64,000 nucleotides of DNA from Antedon mediterranea (GCF_964355755.1 NC_092678.1:13762352-13826351); one strand, 5' to 3'. Numbered from the stretch's first letter, positions 11,890 through 26,249 are shown. Program-made: numbers and translations. Notes: a model not told the origin generated them from the letters alone.

Positions 11890-12720
11890 ATTATCTCCCC
11901 AAATAACGGCTAACTAGTCGAAAATATATCACTGTGTGGTACATAATATTCTATTTTTTTATTTTTTTTAAATATATGGATAAAAATATCGATTAATTCC
12001 TAAATATTCACGAAATGTTGAAACGTTAATTAAAAAAACTACGGTGGAAACCATGCTGTTTCATCGTAAACAAAAGCGTCAGCCAATCAGAGAGCGTAAT
12101 TTATCTCTATATCCAATTACAGTAAAGGATTCACAGATTCTTGTTAGAAATTTTAGCAACATAACACCTTAATAAAACCAATTTCCATTCGCTATATTAA
12201 AGACAATCCCTTAGCTTGTTAAAAATTATGGTAGCTGATATATTTTCGAACAGATAGCTACCAAACATGACGTCATTCGGATTAACGGTTTGTTTACAAA
12301 AGCGCCTAAAGAAAGTTGATTTTTAGTGAACAAAAGTACAATTTCCTAATAGATTTTCAATAGAAACGACTTAAATAATTGCAAAATACACATACTTGTG
12401 ATATTTTCTCATGAACAAGAGTTTGATATGTTAAAGATAAGTGTTTATAGTATCGTTTTTTATTGACATTTTAAAATAGGTAGGTTAGGTCGTTTTTCAC
12501 ATTCTGAACTTCAAGGCTAAATATCTCAAAAGTTCGGGATGCGACTATGCACCGCCTTTGTGATGCCAGGACTCAAATGGTTTAAATGTTGCGGTCCGCC
12601 TCAAAGTATCTGGGGTAAACCATCTTGAGGGTTGATTTATGGAAAAGGAAGAAATAATGTAAACAAAGTAAAATAAAAGTTTCTTTCGGATCTGGACACT
12701 TTCCGATTAATTTTTGGTTA

Positions 12721-13334
12721 GGCCCGGCGCACACTAGAGCTATCGGCTTAGCCAACTGGCACGGGTAACACTTGGCTCACTTAAGCCCGGCGCACACTAG
12801 AGCTTTCGGCTGAGCCAACTGGCATGAGTAAAGATCCTCCTCGAAAAATACTCAACTGTTTTTAATTATTGAACATTAATATAGTAGCAAGTTATTTTAA
12901 TAAAGCCCGGCGCACACTAGAGCTTTCGGCTGAGCCAACTGGCACGAGTAAAACTTGGCTCACTAAATACATTGCCGCAAACTGTGATCGAGTTCTATCG
13001 GACGCACACTAGACGCCTTCAGTACGCGATTTTCTGATTGGACAATTACTTATTACGCTATACACGCGCTGACATATTATAATATATCAGAACATGTCAT
13101 CAAAGAATATAAATATTTTATTATCTTTGATGTCATGTACAGTGGCATTTTTGAGTGAGCTATCTGATCACGTTCGGCGCACACTTGAGGAAAGTGACAC
13201 GCGTGCCAACAAATATTAAACACGATAAATATTTTCCTCAGCAGCAATTTCTCACGAATTCCCCGGCGCACACTGTGAGCAAAGTGTTACCCGTGCCAGT
13301 TGGCTCAGCCGATAGCTCTAGTGTGCACCGGGCT
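12721..13334. mobile_element. PIF/Harbinger-like MITE with three stacked left ends
   Basis: ~60-bp TIR (A/G)GCCCGGCGCACACTAGAGCT... at 12721, 12784, 12904, each preceded by TTA/TAA; right TIR ends 13334 followed by TTA. Confidence 0.8.
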
Positions 13335-14829
13335 TTAGACACCTTCCTTCTTTGACCAACACATCGTACGATATTACTTTGACAACGACTTATTCCGGTT
13401 CAAATTTGTCAGCCGGAATGGCGTCCATGGATTACAAACGTCTCACGCAGTTATCTATTTTGCGCCGCTTAGCGACGCTATACAATCTTTGATCATACAC
13501 CAATGGTATTATATAGCCGAAAGCTGAATGGCAAACTACAATGTTATCGCAGTTCAAAATGTGATTCTCCGACAGGATAGTGGCCAAAGATCGTATAGCG
13601 CCACTACGTGGCAAGATATGGAACTGACGCTCGAAAAATGATAATTGCATGGGCAGCCATTCCGGCAAGCGGATTACCCAGTAGGCAATGCGGCACGCCA
13701 CCTAAATCAATGTAGGCCTAAACAAATAGGATTTACATCTACGCGATAAACAGTACGACTTTATTTTATCTTTTGCGTCAAAATGAAAAAACATCTATAT
13801 AAAATTCGATTATATAAATTTACTCCATTTGATATGACACTTACATATGCGTATATCATTGTCCAACCTCAAACGGCTACATAATAAACACTGACTGTAT
13901 GGAGGACGAATTTTGTAGGCAGTCGGTTGAGGTATAGTTATAAATAGTGTCGCGGGGCGCAGCGCAATGCTTCCCACTTCCCGCCCAAGGTCGGTCGCGT
14001 TTGGCTTAGGCGGGGATGATGGCACAGTTTATGTGCGAGAGAAGCATTTTTTTGGAGATGAATTGTAATAATTGCCAAATATATTGTCCAAAACTGTCTT
14101 TTTATTTTATTTTTTTAAATTAATGGGGGCAGGGGGATGTTCTTTTCCCTGTTCGGAACCTCTCTTTCTATTTTGTGTGCTTCAGGCCTACAAAGTTATT
14201 TATTTGCAAGGAGAATTTTACTACGATCTGCCACAACAGTAGTATACTGTACATACATTACTAGATACAAAAACAATTGTTACATTTTTTTTATTTAAAA
14301 AAAGTATTAAATATTAATTTTAAAAATTCATAATCATAATTTGTTCTTCTGTGGGACAACCCACTTTTATTAGCTCAAATTTCAATATTACGGACAGGAT
14401 TAAAATGCAATAAAAATACTGAAAAATCTAACTTCAAAGTTTTTTATACAATATTAAATGATATGGAATAATTAAATACACTCAATAAATAAATTACGAA
14501 TGTATGGTTTTAGCCTTCTTAAATACAAGGAAAATTCTATAATTATTTTGATTTCTTGTATTACAAAAGAAGCCAATAGGCCTAAACAACAGTACTGATA
14601 ATAACTGAATTATGGTTATTTCCTTTCACTTTAAAGTCTATGTATATGAACAATGAGGTGTGTGAAAATAGTGATTTTATTTGTTATCCCATAGGATACT
14701 GCTCCTTTTCAAGAATCAAAAATATAAATTATTTAATATTACTAATCAAATATAATTGTCCATCAGTTATGGCCTTTGTATTTAATTCTTGTGTAAAATA
14801 CCACTGTGCACTCAATCATCCATCTTCTC

Positions 14830-16110
14830 AATAGTAATTATACAATATAATGACAGACTTATATCTTTCTAAAATAAGGAAAAATATATCATTAAATTAT
14901 TTGGTCACTTTTCGAACTGTTATATAATCATTTGATTACTTATTATAGTATTTTAAAATACTATACATTTTAAAATTCAAAACAAAAGTCAATATACTAT
15001 TTGTAATTTAAAGTGTGAAAACCTAAGGTGTACCACTTCAATGGTTTGTAAATTATTTAAGTGACAAACAACACTATACATCTGTATAGGGGGATTACCA
15101 CCTATCTGATAGGACAGTGATTAATTCACTATTGGTAATCCTTGGCCACATTGCCTAAAGACAAAATAAATGAAATAAAACAAAATACATCGATCAATGG
15201 TATTGCCTCTGAGCTGCGGCCAGTTTCGTGTGGTGTGCCACAGGGATCCATCATTGGTCCGCTTTTATTTCTGTTATTTATTAATGATTTAAATTATATA
15301 AGTGATTGTGCTGAAATTGTTAGGTTTGCAAATGATACCAGTTTATTTATTAATCATTAGGACATCTACCAAGCTATTAATTTAATTAATCGTTAACTAA
15401 GTAAAATTGCAAGCTGGTTATTATCTAATAAGCTTTCGTTAAATATTAAAATAACCAAATTTAGTATTTATCGTACAAATCCCAACCCCCTAACATTCCT
15501 AAATTATATTACGGCATCAGCAAAATTGAAAGAACAAAAGCAACAACATTTCTTGGAATTTGTATTGAATAATACTTATCTTTTATTTCTCATATTAATA
15601 CAAATTCATTAAAAGCATCAAGTGGTCCAAGTGGTCGGTGTTGTTCTAAAAAAACTTAAACATGCCTTGCCTTCATCCGTTTTACAATTAATTTCTAAAT
15701 CACTTTTTTGCCACTTTAATTTATGTTATAACCGTTTGGGTTTTTACTTCAAAAATTAATTTAAATTGTATTTATATTTTGCAAAAAAGAGCTTCAAGAG
15801 CAGTTTATAATGTGCAATACCACCATTCTGCTCCTCTTTTTGATTTATCTCATACAATTAATATTTATGACTTACTTACAAAAAATATTTTATTTATGTT
15901 TAAATTCAAACATAATCAAATTCCCAGACAAATTACCAAACTTTTAGTTCTGTTCATAATTATTATACCAGAAATAAATATTATAATGCTTATGATTGCT
16001 TAAATACGGAGGTTGGCAAGCATGATCCAAAATATGGAATTCTCTACCAGAAGAACTCAAAATTATTAATTTTATATCTTGTTTTAAGTTCAAATTACAT
16101 GGATACATTG
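14830..16110 (+). pseudogene. Decayed CR1/L2-group LINE reverse transcriptase fragment
   Basis: VSCGVPQGSIIGPLLFLLFINDL...FANDTSL, later WLLSNKLSLNI and LQKRASRAV; many stops and frameshifts; boundaries approximate. Confidence 0.85.
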
Positions 16111-17599
16111 TTTCTATTATTATTGTTTAAGTTAATAATTTGTTTTAAGTTAAATTATAACTACATTCGTTAAGTCAAATGCATTTTTGGCTCAATATCA
16201 TATTGTTTTTTTTACATGTTTCTTACCTTACTTAAATATCTTACCTGGACTCCAAATTTAAAGCTTAGTTAAAATGGATAATAATGAAAAGATTTTAAAA
16301 TTTCGACAAAAAAATGACTTTGTATGAATCCTTTTAATGGTAATAAACAACACACTCAAAATTAGATTCAAATACCTATTAGAACATGATAAATAAACAA
16401 ATTAGATTTTGGTATAAAACGTTCGCAAAATGGCCGACCAACTGACACGCCATCTTCATATGAAAGTTCTATACGCACGTACGTGATCGTCAAGTTTTAA
16501 TTTGAAACACCCGGAGTTGTATCGACGACAGCAGTCGCTATGTGATTGGTTAATGAATTTCAATACAGGCCAATCACCGTCTTGTCTCGTTCGCGGACTG
16601 TGTGTAAACAAAATAAACAAATCCATCATATTTATACACGAGACTCAGGTGTAAGCCCCCTGTTGCTGCTGTCGTAGAAATATTTTACAAATAAATAATG
16701 TGTCTGCAAAGATTGTACGTGAAGAACCGAAGAAGGATGTAACTCACGCAGACTACAAAGTAGGCTAGGTCTAGTAGACTATTTCTTCTTCTAAATTCGC
16801 TAGTAGGTAGGCCTTAGAGTAGCCGCCGACGTACCTCCAGGAAGTGGTCAAGGCGGCACGTATAGTGGAGCAGTTAAAGCCATAAAAATAGCCAAGTTGT
16901 GCACTTTATTACCAAAGCATGAAACTTTCCACAAAGTTTTTTTGATGTATATAGATTCAAAATATCGGGGGGTGCCAAGTGTCCCACGTCCGGTATGGCG
17001 GCCATCTTGACTTCAAAATGGCCACCATAAAAACAAAAAGTGTTCATATCTTGGCAACTATAAACAGAAGAGACTTGATTCTGGTGTTAAATTGTTCACA
17101 AACCACATATTTCTATTTGCTCTTATGAAAAGTTTCGTCCAAAAATGACCGGAAATGACGTTTCTTCCAGTTTGACCTTTGACCTCTTATCTGTATATCT
17201 GAGTAACTACTGATCATTTTCAATCGATTTTGGTGTCATTTTGTTCAGAATATAGACATTTATATTTGTAGTGATGAAAAATTTTCACATAAAATGACTG
17301 GAAATACAATTTATAACCTTTGACATATATAATTATGTGAACATACTGTATGTGGTTTACATTGGTATAAATGCACCTAATTTTTATACCTAAATAAATG
17401 ACACTTAACGCAAAAATGACCAGAAATTATTATTCTGAATTTTTGACTTTTGATGTGATAGGATAGGCATAAAGTATGACAGATCACTGAGCTCATCTAT
17501 GCCGACTTGTTTGCTTAACTGTGATGTGTCAATCGTTAGATAAAAGTTTTGGTCCTCTCTCCTTCATCTTTTTTTTTTTTATGTATTATACCATATGTT

Positions 17600-17905
17600 G
17601 AATTGAATTGTGAGATGCCATTTGGAAAAATGTTTGATGTAAAGTAGCATTCTTTCGTTGGCCTCTTTGATGTTGCATATGAGACAAGTTCGGAAAGTTC
17701 TCATTTTCATGAGTTAAGAGAAGAGAACACCGTCTTTCAAAGTACTTACTACAAACTTATCCTGCATTTGTGCAGTAGACCTACTTTCATTAGTAAAAAA
17801 CTCAGATAATTCTTGTTCATTTTCGTTGCATCTAAAAAAATGTACTCCATTTTTATGGTAATGGGTCTTTGCTGTAAACCTTTCATCAGAATCATTTTCC
17901 TCCAT
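17600..17905 (-). pseudogene. Possible decayed Academ transposase remnant
   Basis: CNIKEANERMLLY at ~17640-17677 resembles the CxHEEADTRMLLH motif I recall from Academ transposases; weak. Confidence 0.4.
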
Positions 17906-18094
17906 TTTTTAGCAAAATCCGAACCAAATCAATTATAATTATTCAAGTAATCCTCAAATTAGTGATATGGACCTACAATATACTGTTCTGTACAATACCT
18001 TTTTAGGCATCCACCTAGACTTTCACTTTGAAGGTCTTGGTCTCCAAATCATACAAGAAACAATGTCTGATTTAATCAATCAAAGTAGTGGATC

Positions 18095-19466
18095 CAGACA
18101 AAGAAGGGGGTGTAAGACCATCCACAGACAAATAAGGGGGTGTAAGACCATCCACAGACAAAGAAGGGGGTATAAGACCATCCACAGACAAAGAAGGGGA
18201 TATAAGACCATCCACAGCCAAAGAAGGGGGTGTAAGACCATCCACAGACAAAGAAGGGGTGTAAGACCATCCACACACAAAGAAGGAGGTATAAAACCAT
18301 TCACAGACAAAGAAAGGGGTATAAGGCCATCTACAGACAAAGAAGGGGTGTAGGACCGTCCACAGACAAAGAAGGGGTTGTAAGACCATTCACTGACAAA
18401 GAAAGAGGTATAGGACCATCCACAGACAAAGAAGGGGGTGTAGGACCGTCCACAGACAAAGAAGGGGGTGTAAGACCATCCACTGACAAAGACAGTGGTA
18501 TAGGACCACTTACAGACAAAGAAGGGGGTATAAGACCATCCACAGACAAGGGGTGTAGGACCAATCACAGACAAAGAAGGGGGTGTAGGACCATCCACAG
18601 ACAAAGAAGGAGAGGTAAGACCATCCCCAAACAAAGAAGGGTGTATAAGACCATCCACAGACAAAGAAGGGGTATAAGACCATCCACAGACAAAGAAGGG
18701 GTGCAAGACCATCCACACACAAAGAAAGAGGTATAGGACCATCCACAGACAAAGAAGGGGGTGTAGGACCATCCACAGACAAAGAAGGGGGTGTAAGACC
18801 ATCCACTGACAAAGAAAGTGGTATAGGACCACTTACAGACAAAGAAGAGGGTATAAGACCATCCACAGACAAAGAAGGGGGTGTAGGACCATCCACAGAC
18901 AAAGAAGGGGTGTCGGACCATCTACAAACAAAGAAAAAGAAGGGGATGTTAGACCACCCACAGACAAAGAAGGGGTGCAAGACCATCCACACACAAAGAA
19001 GGGGGGTATAAGACCACCAACAGACAAAGAAGGGGGTGTAGGACCATCGACAGACAAAGAAGGGGTTATATGACCATCCACAGACAAAGAAGGGGGTGTA
19101 AGACCATCTACACACAAAGAAAAGGGTGTAAGACCATCCACACACAAAGAAGGGGGTATAAGACCACCAACAGACAAAGAAGGGGGTGTAGGACCATCGA
19201 CAGACAAAGAAGGGGTTATATGACCATCACCAGACAAAGAAGGGGGTGTAAGACCATCTACACACAAAGAAAGGGGTGTAAGACCATCCACACACAAAGA
19301 AAGGGGTTTAATACCATCAACAGACAAAGAAAGGGGTGTAATACTATCAACAGACAAAGAAGAGGGTATAAGACCATCCACAGACACAGAAGGGGGTATA
19401 AGACCATCCACCGATAAAGAAAGGGGTGTAAGACCATCTACAGACACAGAAAGAGGGTTAGGACCA
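18095..19466. repeat. 30-bp minisatellite, ~46 copies, consensus CCATCCACAGACAAAGAAGGGGGTGTAAGA
   Basis: Direct reading; explains the overlapping repetitive ORFs here. Confidence 0.95.
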
Positions 19467-22204
19467 TATTAACCCAGGAAGCATACAAAAAGAAGATGCA
19501 ATCAAAATAGGGGTACCACTTGGAGAACAATACATTGTAGAATAACTGAGGCTTAATTGTTGAAATAAAGGGTTCTTTGTAAGGTCATTAATAATATATT
19601 GATATAAACACGATCATCATACTAATTATTTGAAATTCAAATACAGTCTATCTCGAAAAGAAGCTCATACTATCACCTTTTTGAGGTTTTACGGTATTCC
19701 ATACATGTATGTTATTTCCTCTGTCAAACTATTAAAACTTTTAGCGAATCAGAAGGTGCCAACATCGTTGAACTAATGGTACCACCAAGCACAATGTTTA
19801 CCATTTGTATGTACTATATACAATTTAAGTCCATTAATCATTTAATATAATTACGCCTATCAGGTAAAAGTTCAAAATTAGGTGCATTTAAGACCAACAA
19901 AAACCACATACAGTATATTCACATAATTAAAAATCAATAAATAAATGTCAAAGGTCATAAATTGTATTTTCGGTCATTTTATGTGAAAATGTTCCATTAC
20001 TACAAATATAAATGTATTCATTCTGAACAAAATGACTCCAAAATCGATTGAAAATGAATAGTAATTACAGAGATATACAAATACGAGGTCAAAAGTCAAA
20101 CTGTAAGAAACGTCATTTTTGGACGAAACTTTTCATTAGAGCAAATAGAAATATATAGTTTGCGAACAATTTGAGACCAGATTTAAGTCTCTAATGTGTA
20201 TAGTTGCCAAGATATGAACATTTTTTTATTTTATGGTGGCCATTTTGAAATCAAGATGGCCGCCATACCGGACGTTGGATACTTGGAACCCCTCGATATT
20301 TTGAATCTATATACATCAAAGAAACTTTGTGCCAAGTTTCATGCTTTGGTAATAAAATGCACGGCTTATGTCATTAACTGCTCTACTAGTAGACGTATGT
20401 ACACGGCGATGTAAATAAAAATGGTAAGATCGTGTTAAACTTGTTTTTGGCTTTGAATTTTGTTACTGAATAATATACATACTAATGATTAAAATAGAAC
20501 AGAGATGGGGCAGAGAGGCTTTATAGTTTATTATTATTTTATTTAGTAATTACATAATAAACCTCTTTCTGATTGTTACGGTACAAAGTCATAAATGTAA
20601 TACTATACTTATAAATAGGTAGGATTGAATAAAAATAATAGTAAATTTTCATCCACTTATTGTTTTTATCTTTGCAGATACATGAAATGGCTTTGAAAAA
20701 CTGTAATAGTAAGCCTACTAGTAATACTCCTATGTAAAGCACCTAGAGGGGTCAGTGATCCATTAGGCGCTATATAAATACTGTTTATTATTATTATTAT
20801 TATTAATACAATTGTAAACATCAACACATTCTATGGCAGAAATAATGTATCAAAATGAGTTTACAACAAGCAGGATTTTTTAAACGGGACATAAATTACT
20901 TTTGAGGCCTGAGTCATACATTTTAATTCCATCAACACCAGTCAGCTCCATCATGGATGGATTATTTCGTAAATTTTCATTGTATATAGATTTGGCTAAA
21001 TAAATAGTATATACAAAAGGAGTATATAGTCGCTTATTTTTCTGTATACCAGACTCGCTATTTGGATGGTTAAAAACAAACACTATATGATGCACTGCTA
21101 CTGGTGTAATAGATTCTTAAATTTTTATTAACAGCACCAGCATGTCTGGTAGTATAGTACCATTGTTAGAGTATGACTGTAACCATAGCATTCAAGGCTA
21201 AAGAATTATTATGCATATTTTACTATTCGTCATAAGTTTTTAGTTCTGTAATTTTAATTGTCTACGCTCATTCTATACTTTGTATATTAGCATAAAATAC
21301 TGCATGTTTCACTATCGAGCAAGCATGATCCAAGTAGCATCTATATCAAGTACGCTTGGAATCTTTCTATTCACCTTGAAAAAAAGAAAATGCACAAGAC
21401 AGTTTAATTAAGGACAGAAAGACAAATGTATACGTTCTATATTCCATATCACATGTTTAGGCTTGAATAAATATCTTATTTTCAAACTTTTGCATTCTTC
21501 TTACTCATCTCATCCATTTTTGTCTTGGTGAAAAGGGAGGGTATTTTATATTCTTCTCCCGCCGAGTTTATAGCCTCTCAACCCGAACACGAATATTATA
21601 GAATAATGACAATTGTCAAAAGAACGTTTTTAATCAATTTTTATCGTCTGGTTATTGCCATGTTGTAGTTATTTTATATATTTAAAATCCTTTTTTTTAA
21701 TGTAAAATAACGAATGCATATATGGTTTTAAAAACATCAATATCAATCATTTTATGTATATATATAGCAAATGTTTTTATTACAACTACTTTTAACGTTG
21801 TAACATATAAACGAGGGTAGAAAGTATGCTTAACATATATAATATTTATAACAGAGTATGATAATAAAGTGGGAACGAACCCACACAAGGCAAAAATGTA
21901 GGCTTGATCAACAGATACTTTATTATACTAAAATAAATTTAAAAAGGTTATGGCAACGCTCAGTCTGTTACCTTAATATATTATAATTTGACTCCATTCC
22001 AATCAATAAAATGAATTTGCTTATCCCATCTATCAATTATAATAGTAAAACTGTAATATAGACCTGAAGGTAGGTAAGAATACTAACGAATTGTTTATAT
22101 TATACTGTATTAATAATATATGGCATAAATCAATACAGTTTTTATACGCTATGGAGGTTAAAAAACACCTTGATACAAACTCAAATACTAGGTCTAGCCC
22201 GTTA

Positions 22205-22508
22205 GCGATTTTTTTTTTCGTACATAAGTTAGGGACCCCATGTGAAAGATAGCCGAACTACTTCCTAAATATAACTAAACCTAACCCTCTAAATAATCTC
22301 TCTCTCACTACAAAGTAAAAGAAGTAGCTCATGGGAGTCGAACCCCATACATCGACATGTAAAGTCCATAGTCTTATCAACTCGACTAGCGAATTGTAGT
22401 TAGCTTAATTCTTACGTCACACTTGTGGATATGACTAATGAATATTCATGTTTATTTTGTGACGTTTCACGAGGGGTCCCCAACTTATGTACGAAAAGAA
22501 ATATCGCG
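22205..22508. mobile_element. MITE with ~40-bp TIRs and 8-9 bp TSD, carrying a tRNA-derived segment
   Basis: GCGAT..TTCGTACATAAGTTAGGGACCCC / GGGGTCCCCAACTTATGTACGAAAA..ATCGC; GCCCGTTA on both flanks. Confidence 0.8.
22323..22395 (-). pseudogene. Degenerate tRNA-derived sequence inside the MITE
   Basis: Minus strand TAGTCGAGTTGATAAGAC...GGGGTTCGACTCCCATG (A-box-like and B-box). Confidence 0.55.
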
Positions 22509-24485
22509 GCCCGTTAGACCATTTATTAGAGGAAATCCACCTATATTCACTGTACTGTAAGAATCCTAATATTTATGAAACGGTGTTGCCTAGCTAGGCC
22601 TTTCCTAGACCATGCATGGAATAATCAAATGATATTATAATAATGTCTTAGTCATATCCAAGGTCAAAATAACGAAAACATATAAAAATGAGTTACCGTA
22701 GTGTTTACCTACCGTCAACCGTCCCGAAATTGCTGAAAATGTTAAAAAATGTTGATAATTTTTTAAAAACATTTATGTTTTCCCCCAAGTATTAATATCC
22801 AGTGTTAAATAACGAAAAAATAAGAGCATGAGTTAGTGTTTACCAACCGATATCGTGAGCTAAAACATAGTCGTGTTTGCACGCAATTAACACTTTAGGC
22901 GATCTTGTCAAATGTAAAGCACCTTCAGCCGTTTTGCTATTCAATATTGAACTTGATTTTGCTGATAGGGCATTGACCAGGTTCCTCTTTCACCCCTCCA
23001 AATCGTAAATTAAAAATACGTGAGTATCGTTCATATCGTTCACGGTTTATCATAATAGCAAACACTTTTACTTGGAATGGTCAAGTCTTCGCAAAAGTTG
23101 ATGTAAGACGAGACAGATTATGTCACGAGTTACAGGTACTGATATATTATGGTTTTTATTCGTTTTATCTTGCATATAAATACATTGTATAATCCGGGTT
23201 CTAAAATGAAAACAAACAAATGAAAATGAAAAACTCACAAAGAGATTGTTCTTTCTGAGTAAAATATTTGAAAACGAGATAATGATCATAATGAGGATCA
23301 TTGTCAAGTGTATAGAAAGAAAATTAATGAAAAAAGGAGGTAATACGGAATTCAAAAATGTAAAAATGTTACTGATGAACTGTATCACTGTAACGACATT
23401 TGGAATAAACTAAAATGTGTTAAATAATATGATTTTATGTAATGACATAAGATTATATGAATGTGAATAAAGTGGTGTTTGCGCCACAAAGAGAAAAAGA
23501 AGCAGTAACGCAATTGACAATTTGAAATAATACAATAATGTTTATTGAATAAATTGACTGGTATTTTTACTAACTTATTATTATAATAATAATATTTATT
23601 CGGTCATCAATGTAAAAATAACCAGGAATGAGAATAGGCTAAAGCCCAAACAGATTCTGCACTCACTCCATACAATACAATCAGTTAAAGATAAAACCAT
23701 ATACAAGAAAATTATGTGTACTTTAGTTCAATTTCAGTTGTTTTTATGTTGATTTCATATATTTGTGTTTCTTTATTATTAGTGTTTTAAAGAAATGATA
23801 CCTCTTAGAAAAAAAGATTAATATTATTGTTGCTTATACTTTTTAATGCAAATAATATACCGAACGAAGCGAGCTCACCTTCTAGTATACATTACATTGA
23901 AAATAACATCGTTTTACAACTACAGTACAAAGTACATACACATTAACGTGATTTCCAATTAATCTTAAATCACTTTTTATATTCGTTTCTTTTTATATGT
24001 ATTTTTAAAGATTTATGTATGTTTTTACTTTGTTTTATTACAATTAATCTTCAACCATCTTGGTTAAGACCTTCTTGAATTTTCTACGCTTGCTGATGCA
24101 ATTGTTTTCATTCCTTCCTGTTTTTAAGCTCAGCATAACATTATTATATCAGTGAGATTGGTTCGTTTTAAGTTCGTTTCCCGTAATTTCAACCATGTTT
24201 TGTAAAAGTATAAATGCTGCTAAAGTTAACACTTCGTTGTAACTATGTTGAATATGTCTTTATTAAACTGATCTTTATGTATATTAACCATATATCCATT
24301 TACTTAAAAGTTGTTTCCAATATCATTTTACACGTTTCCACAGTAAAATCAATAATGTGACCCAAAAAGGTTGCATAATGGTGATTCAATAATTATTTTG
24401 TATTTATGTAACTTATTGTTTGATATTAAAATACCAAATAAAATTGTTTTTGTTTACAAAATACTTTTACCATTATCTCTTTAAG

Positions 24486-24904
24486 TGAAGCAACAAAGAA
24501 GCAAGACACCCGTTAAAATTGGCCTTGTTTCATCATCTAAAACAGAAGCCGTCGCACACTGGAAACAGCATCAAGTTACAAGAACAGTACGTAAACAACG
24601 GGTGGTTTTTACCAAAGAACAGCTTTTTCACCTAAATCAGATATTCGCTCAAAAGAAATATTTATCTGCAAGAGAATTATATAATATTGCAATACAACTT
24701 AAATTAAAGCAAGAAGAGGTAAAAAACTGGTTTCAGAATAATCGCGCCAAGATAAGAACAAAAAATAATTCACAAAATTTAGAATTAACTCAGTCATACT
24801 ACATGTATGAGCCAGGCATGATTGAGTGTTCGATATTGAATTGTTTTTATCATAATAATGGGTGCTATACTATGCTATATCCTATTATAGGTCATAAACA
24901 GTAA
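24486..24904 (+). CDS. Terminal coding exon of a divergent ANTP/NK-like homeobox gene (homeodomain 24587-24766)
   Basis: VRKQRVVFTKEQLFHLNQIFAQKKYLSARELYNIAIQLKLKQEEVKNWFQNNRAKIR: R5, F8, L16, F20, W48, F49, Q50, N51, R53 conserved; acceptor TTATCTCTTTAAG ends at 24485. Confidence 0.9.
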
Positions 24905-24970
24905 ATTGTATAGAACTAACCGATTGATTTCGGTACTCTTTTAATATACATCTTCATTTAACTTTATTTT

Positions 24971-24976
24971 AATAAA
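24971..24976 (+). terminator. Candidate polyadenylation signal of the homeobox gene
   Basis: AATAAA 66 bp after the stop codon; AT-rich background lowers significance. Confidence 0.45.
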
Positions 24977-26249
24977 GATGACTATTATGTTTTATGATTA
25001 TGGTTTATTAGAATCACAGTTTTGAGAAAAAAGAAGTCAAAAAGATATCTCTAGTAGGCCTATCCTACTGCTGCATGTATCAGTCCCGGCTACAAAATGA
25101 TTATCCAGCTTGTTTTTTTTTATTAAGTTCACCAATCTAAATGAGTGCAAACTACTTCTAAGATACCGCCAAATTGGTATTAGTACATTGAAATTGTAAA
25201 ATGTTCTTTCTTTTATGGTGTTTCCAAATATTTACTGTATAAATAAAATCCAAAACCAACATTACTGAAATAACACTGCTGTGGGTATCTTGTATTCAAT
25301 GGTATGTAGATCTTAGATAATAATGCATAGAATAATATTTCAATTTGAGTAGTAGTAACAGTAAAATAATAATCTTTAATATAATAATAATCTTTAATAT
25401 AATAATAATCTTTTTATATGCAAAAAAAAGGGAAATCTTTTCAGGTTATTTATTACATTTTCTTTTTGTTGTTCATTAATAAAATATATTTGTTGTTTGA
25501 TTAAAGTAATAAGATTAAAAAAAACTTTCTAATTTCTTTGTAGTATGGACATGGACAAAACAAACATTGCATTTGCAAACTTTACACATCGTGTTTCCCT
25601 TTAACTTCCTGTCAATCTTCCCTTTTTGTTTTCAATATCTAAAATTCCCTATATTAACTTAGTCATGATTTGTTAAACTTTAAGTTTTAATATCAATATG
25701 AAAATCTTGATTTAGATAAATTTATTTGCAATATTTCAACCTTAAAGAAAGTTCGTTTTTCTCGATTTGCCTTTCAATATCCTGTAGACGTAATATTTGT
25801 CTAGCAAACGATCTTCTACATGCTGTGCCATCCAAACATATCCAACTCGCATTCTTTACTTGCATCGCTCAACATTCTTCGTTTCTCTCAAAATTATTTT
25901 TTTTTCTCTTAACTAATCAAAACTCGTAGCAGTTTGATATGAATCTTACTTTACTAGTGTTTAAGATATATAACCATAAACGAATAGTATCTAATATGCA
26001 AGGAACATTCATCGGAAAACGCCCCACTACTGAAAGATTTGTGGAATTACTTCCGATTCCAAGGGCATATTCAAACATTGTGTGTGCACCATTTCAACAC
26101 TCTTTAAACTGTGACATCCCCATATTTCGTATTAATAGGTGAGTATTGATATTACTTTTTTTTAATTTTTTTTTATTTCATACTCATCCAACAGCGAGTA
26201 ACCCGCCAATTACAGACTACATAAACAAAGACTTATTATTAAGTCTTTG

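Larger units (their letters stand above)
16863..20388. mobile_element. Defective Academ-like DNA transposon with ~520-bp TIRs
   Basis: Termini TAGTGGAGCAGTTAA / TTAACTGCTCTACTA, 3-bp TSD GTA (16860-16862, 20389-20391), TIRs 16863-~17390 vs ~19875-20388. Confidence 0.85.

Noticed and set aside
17967-19447. Nine overlapping ORFs of 74-250 aa
   Set aside because: All are translations of the 30-bp minisatellite.
24485-24487. GTG start for the homeobox ORF
   Set aside because: The G is the last base of the splice acceptor AG.
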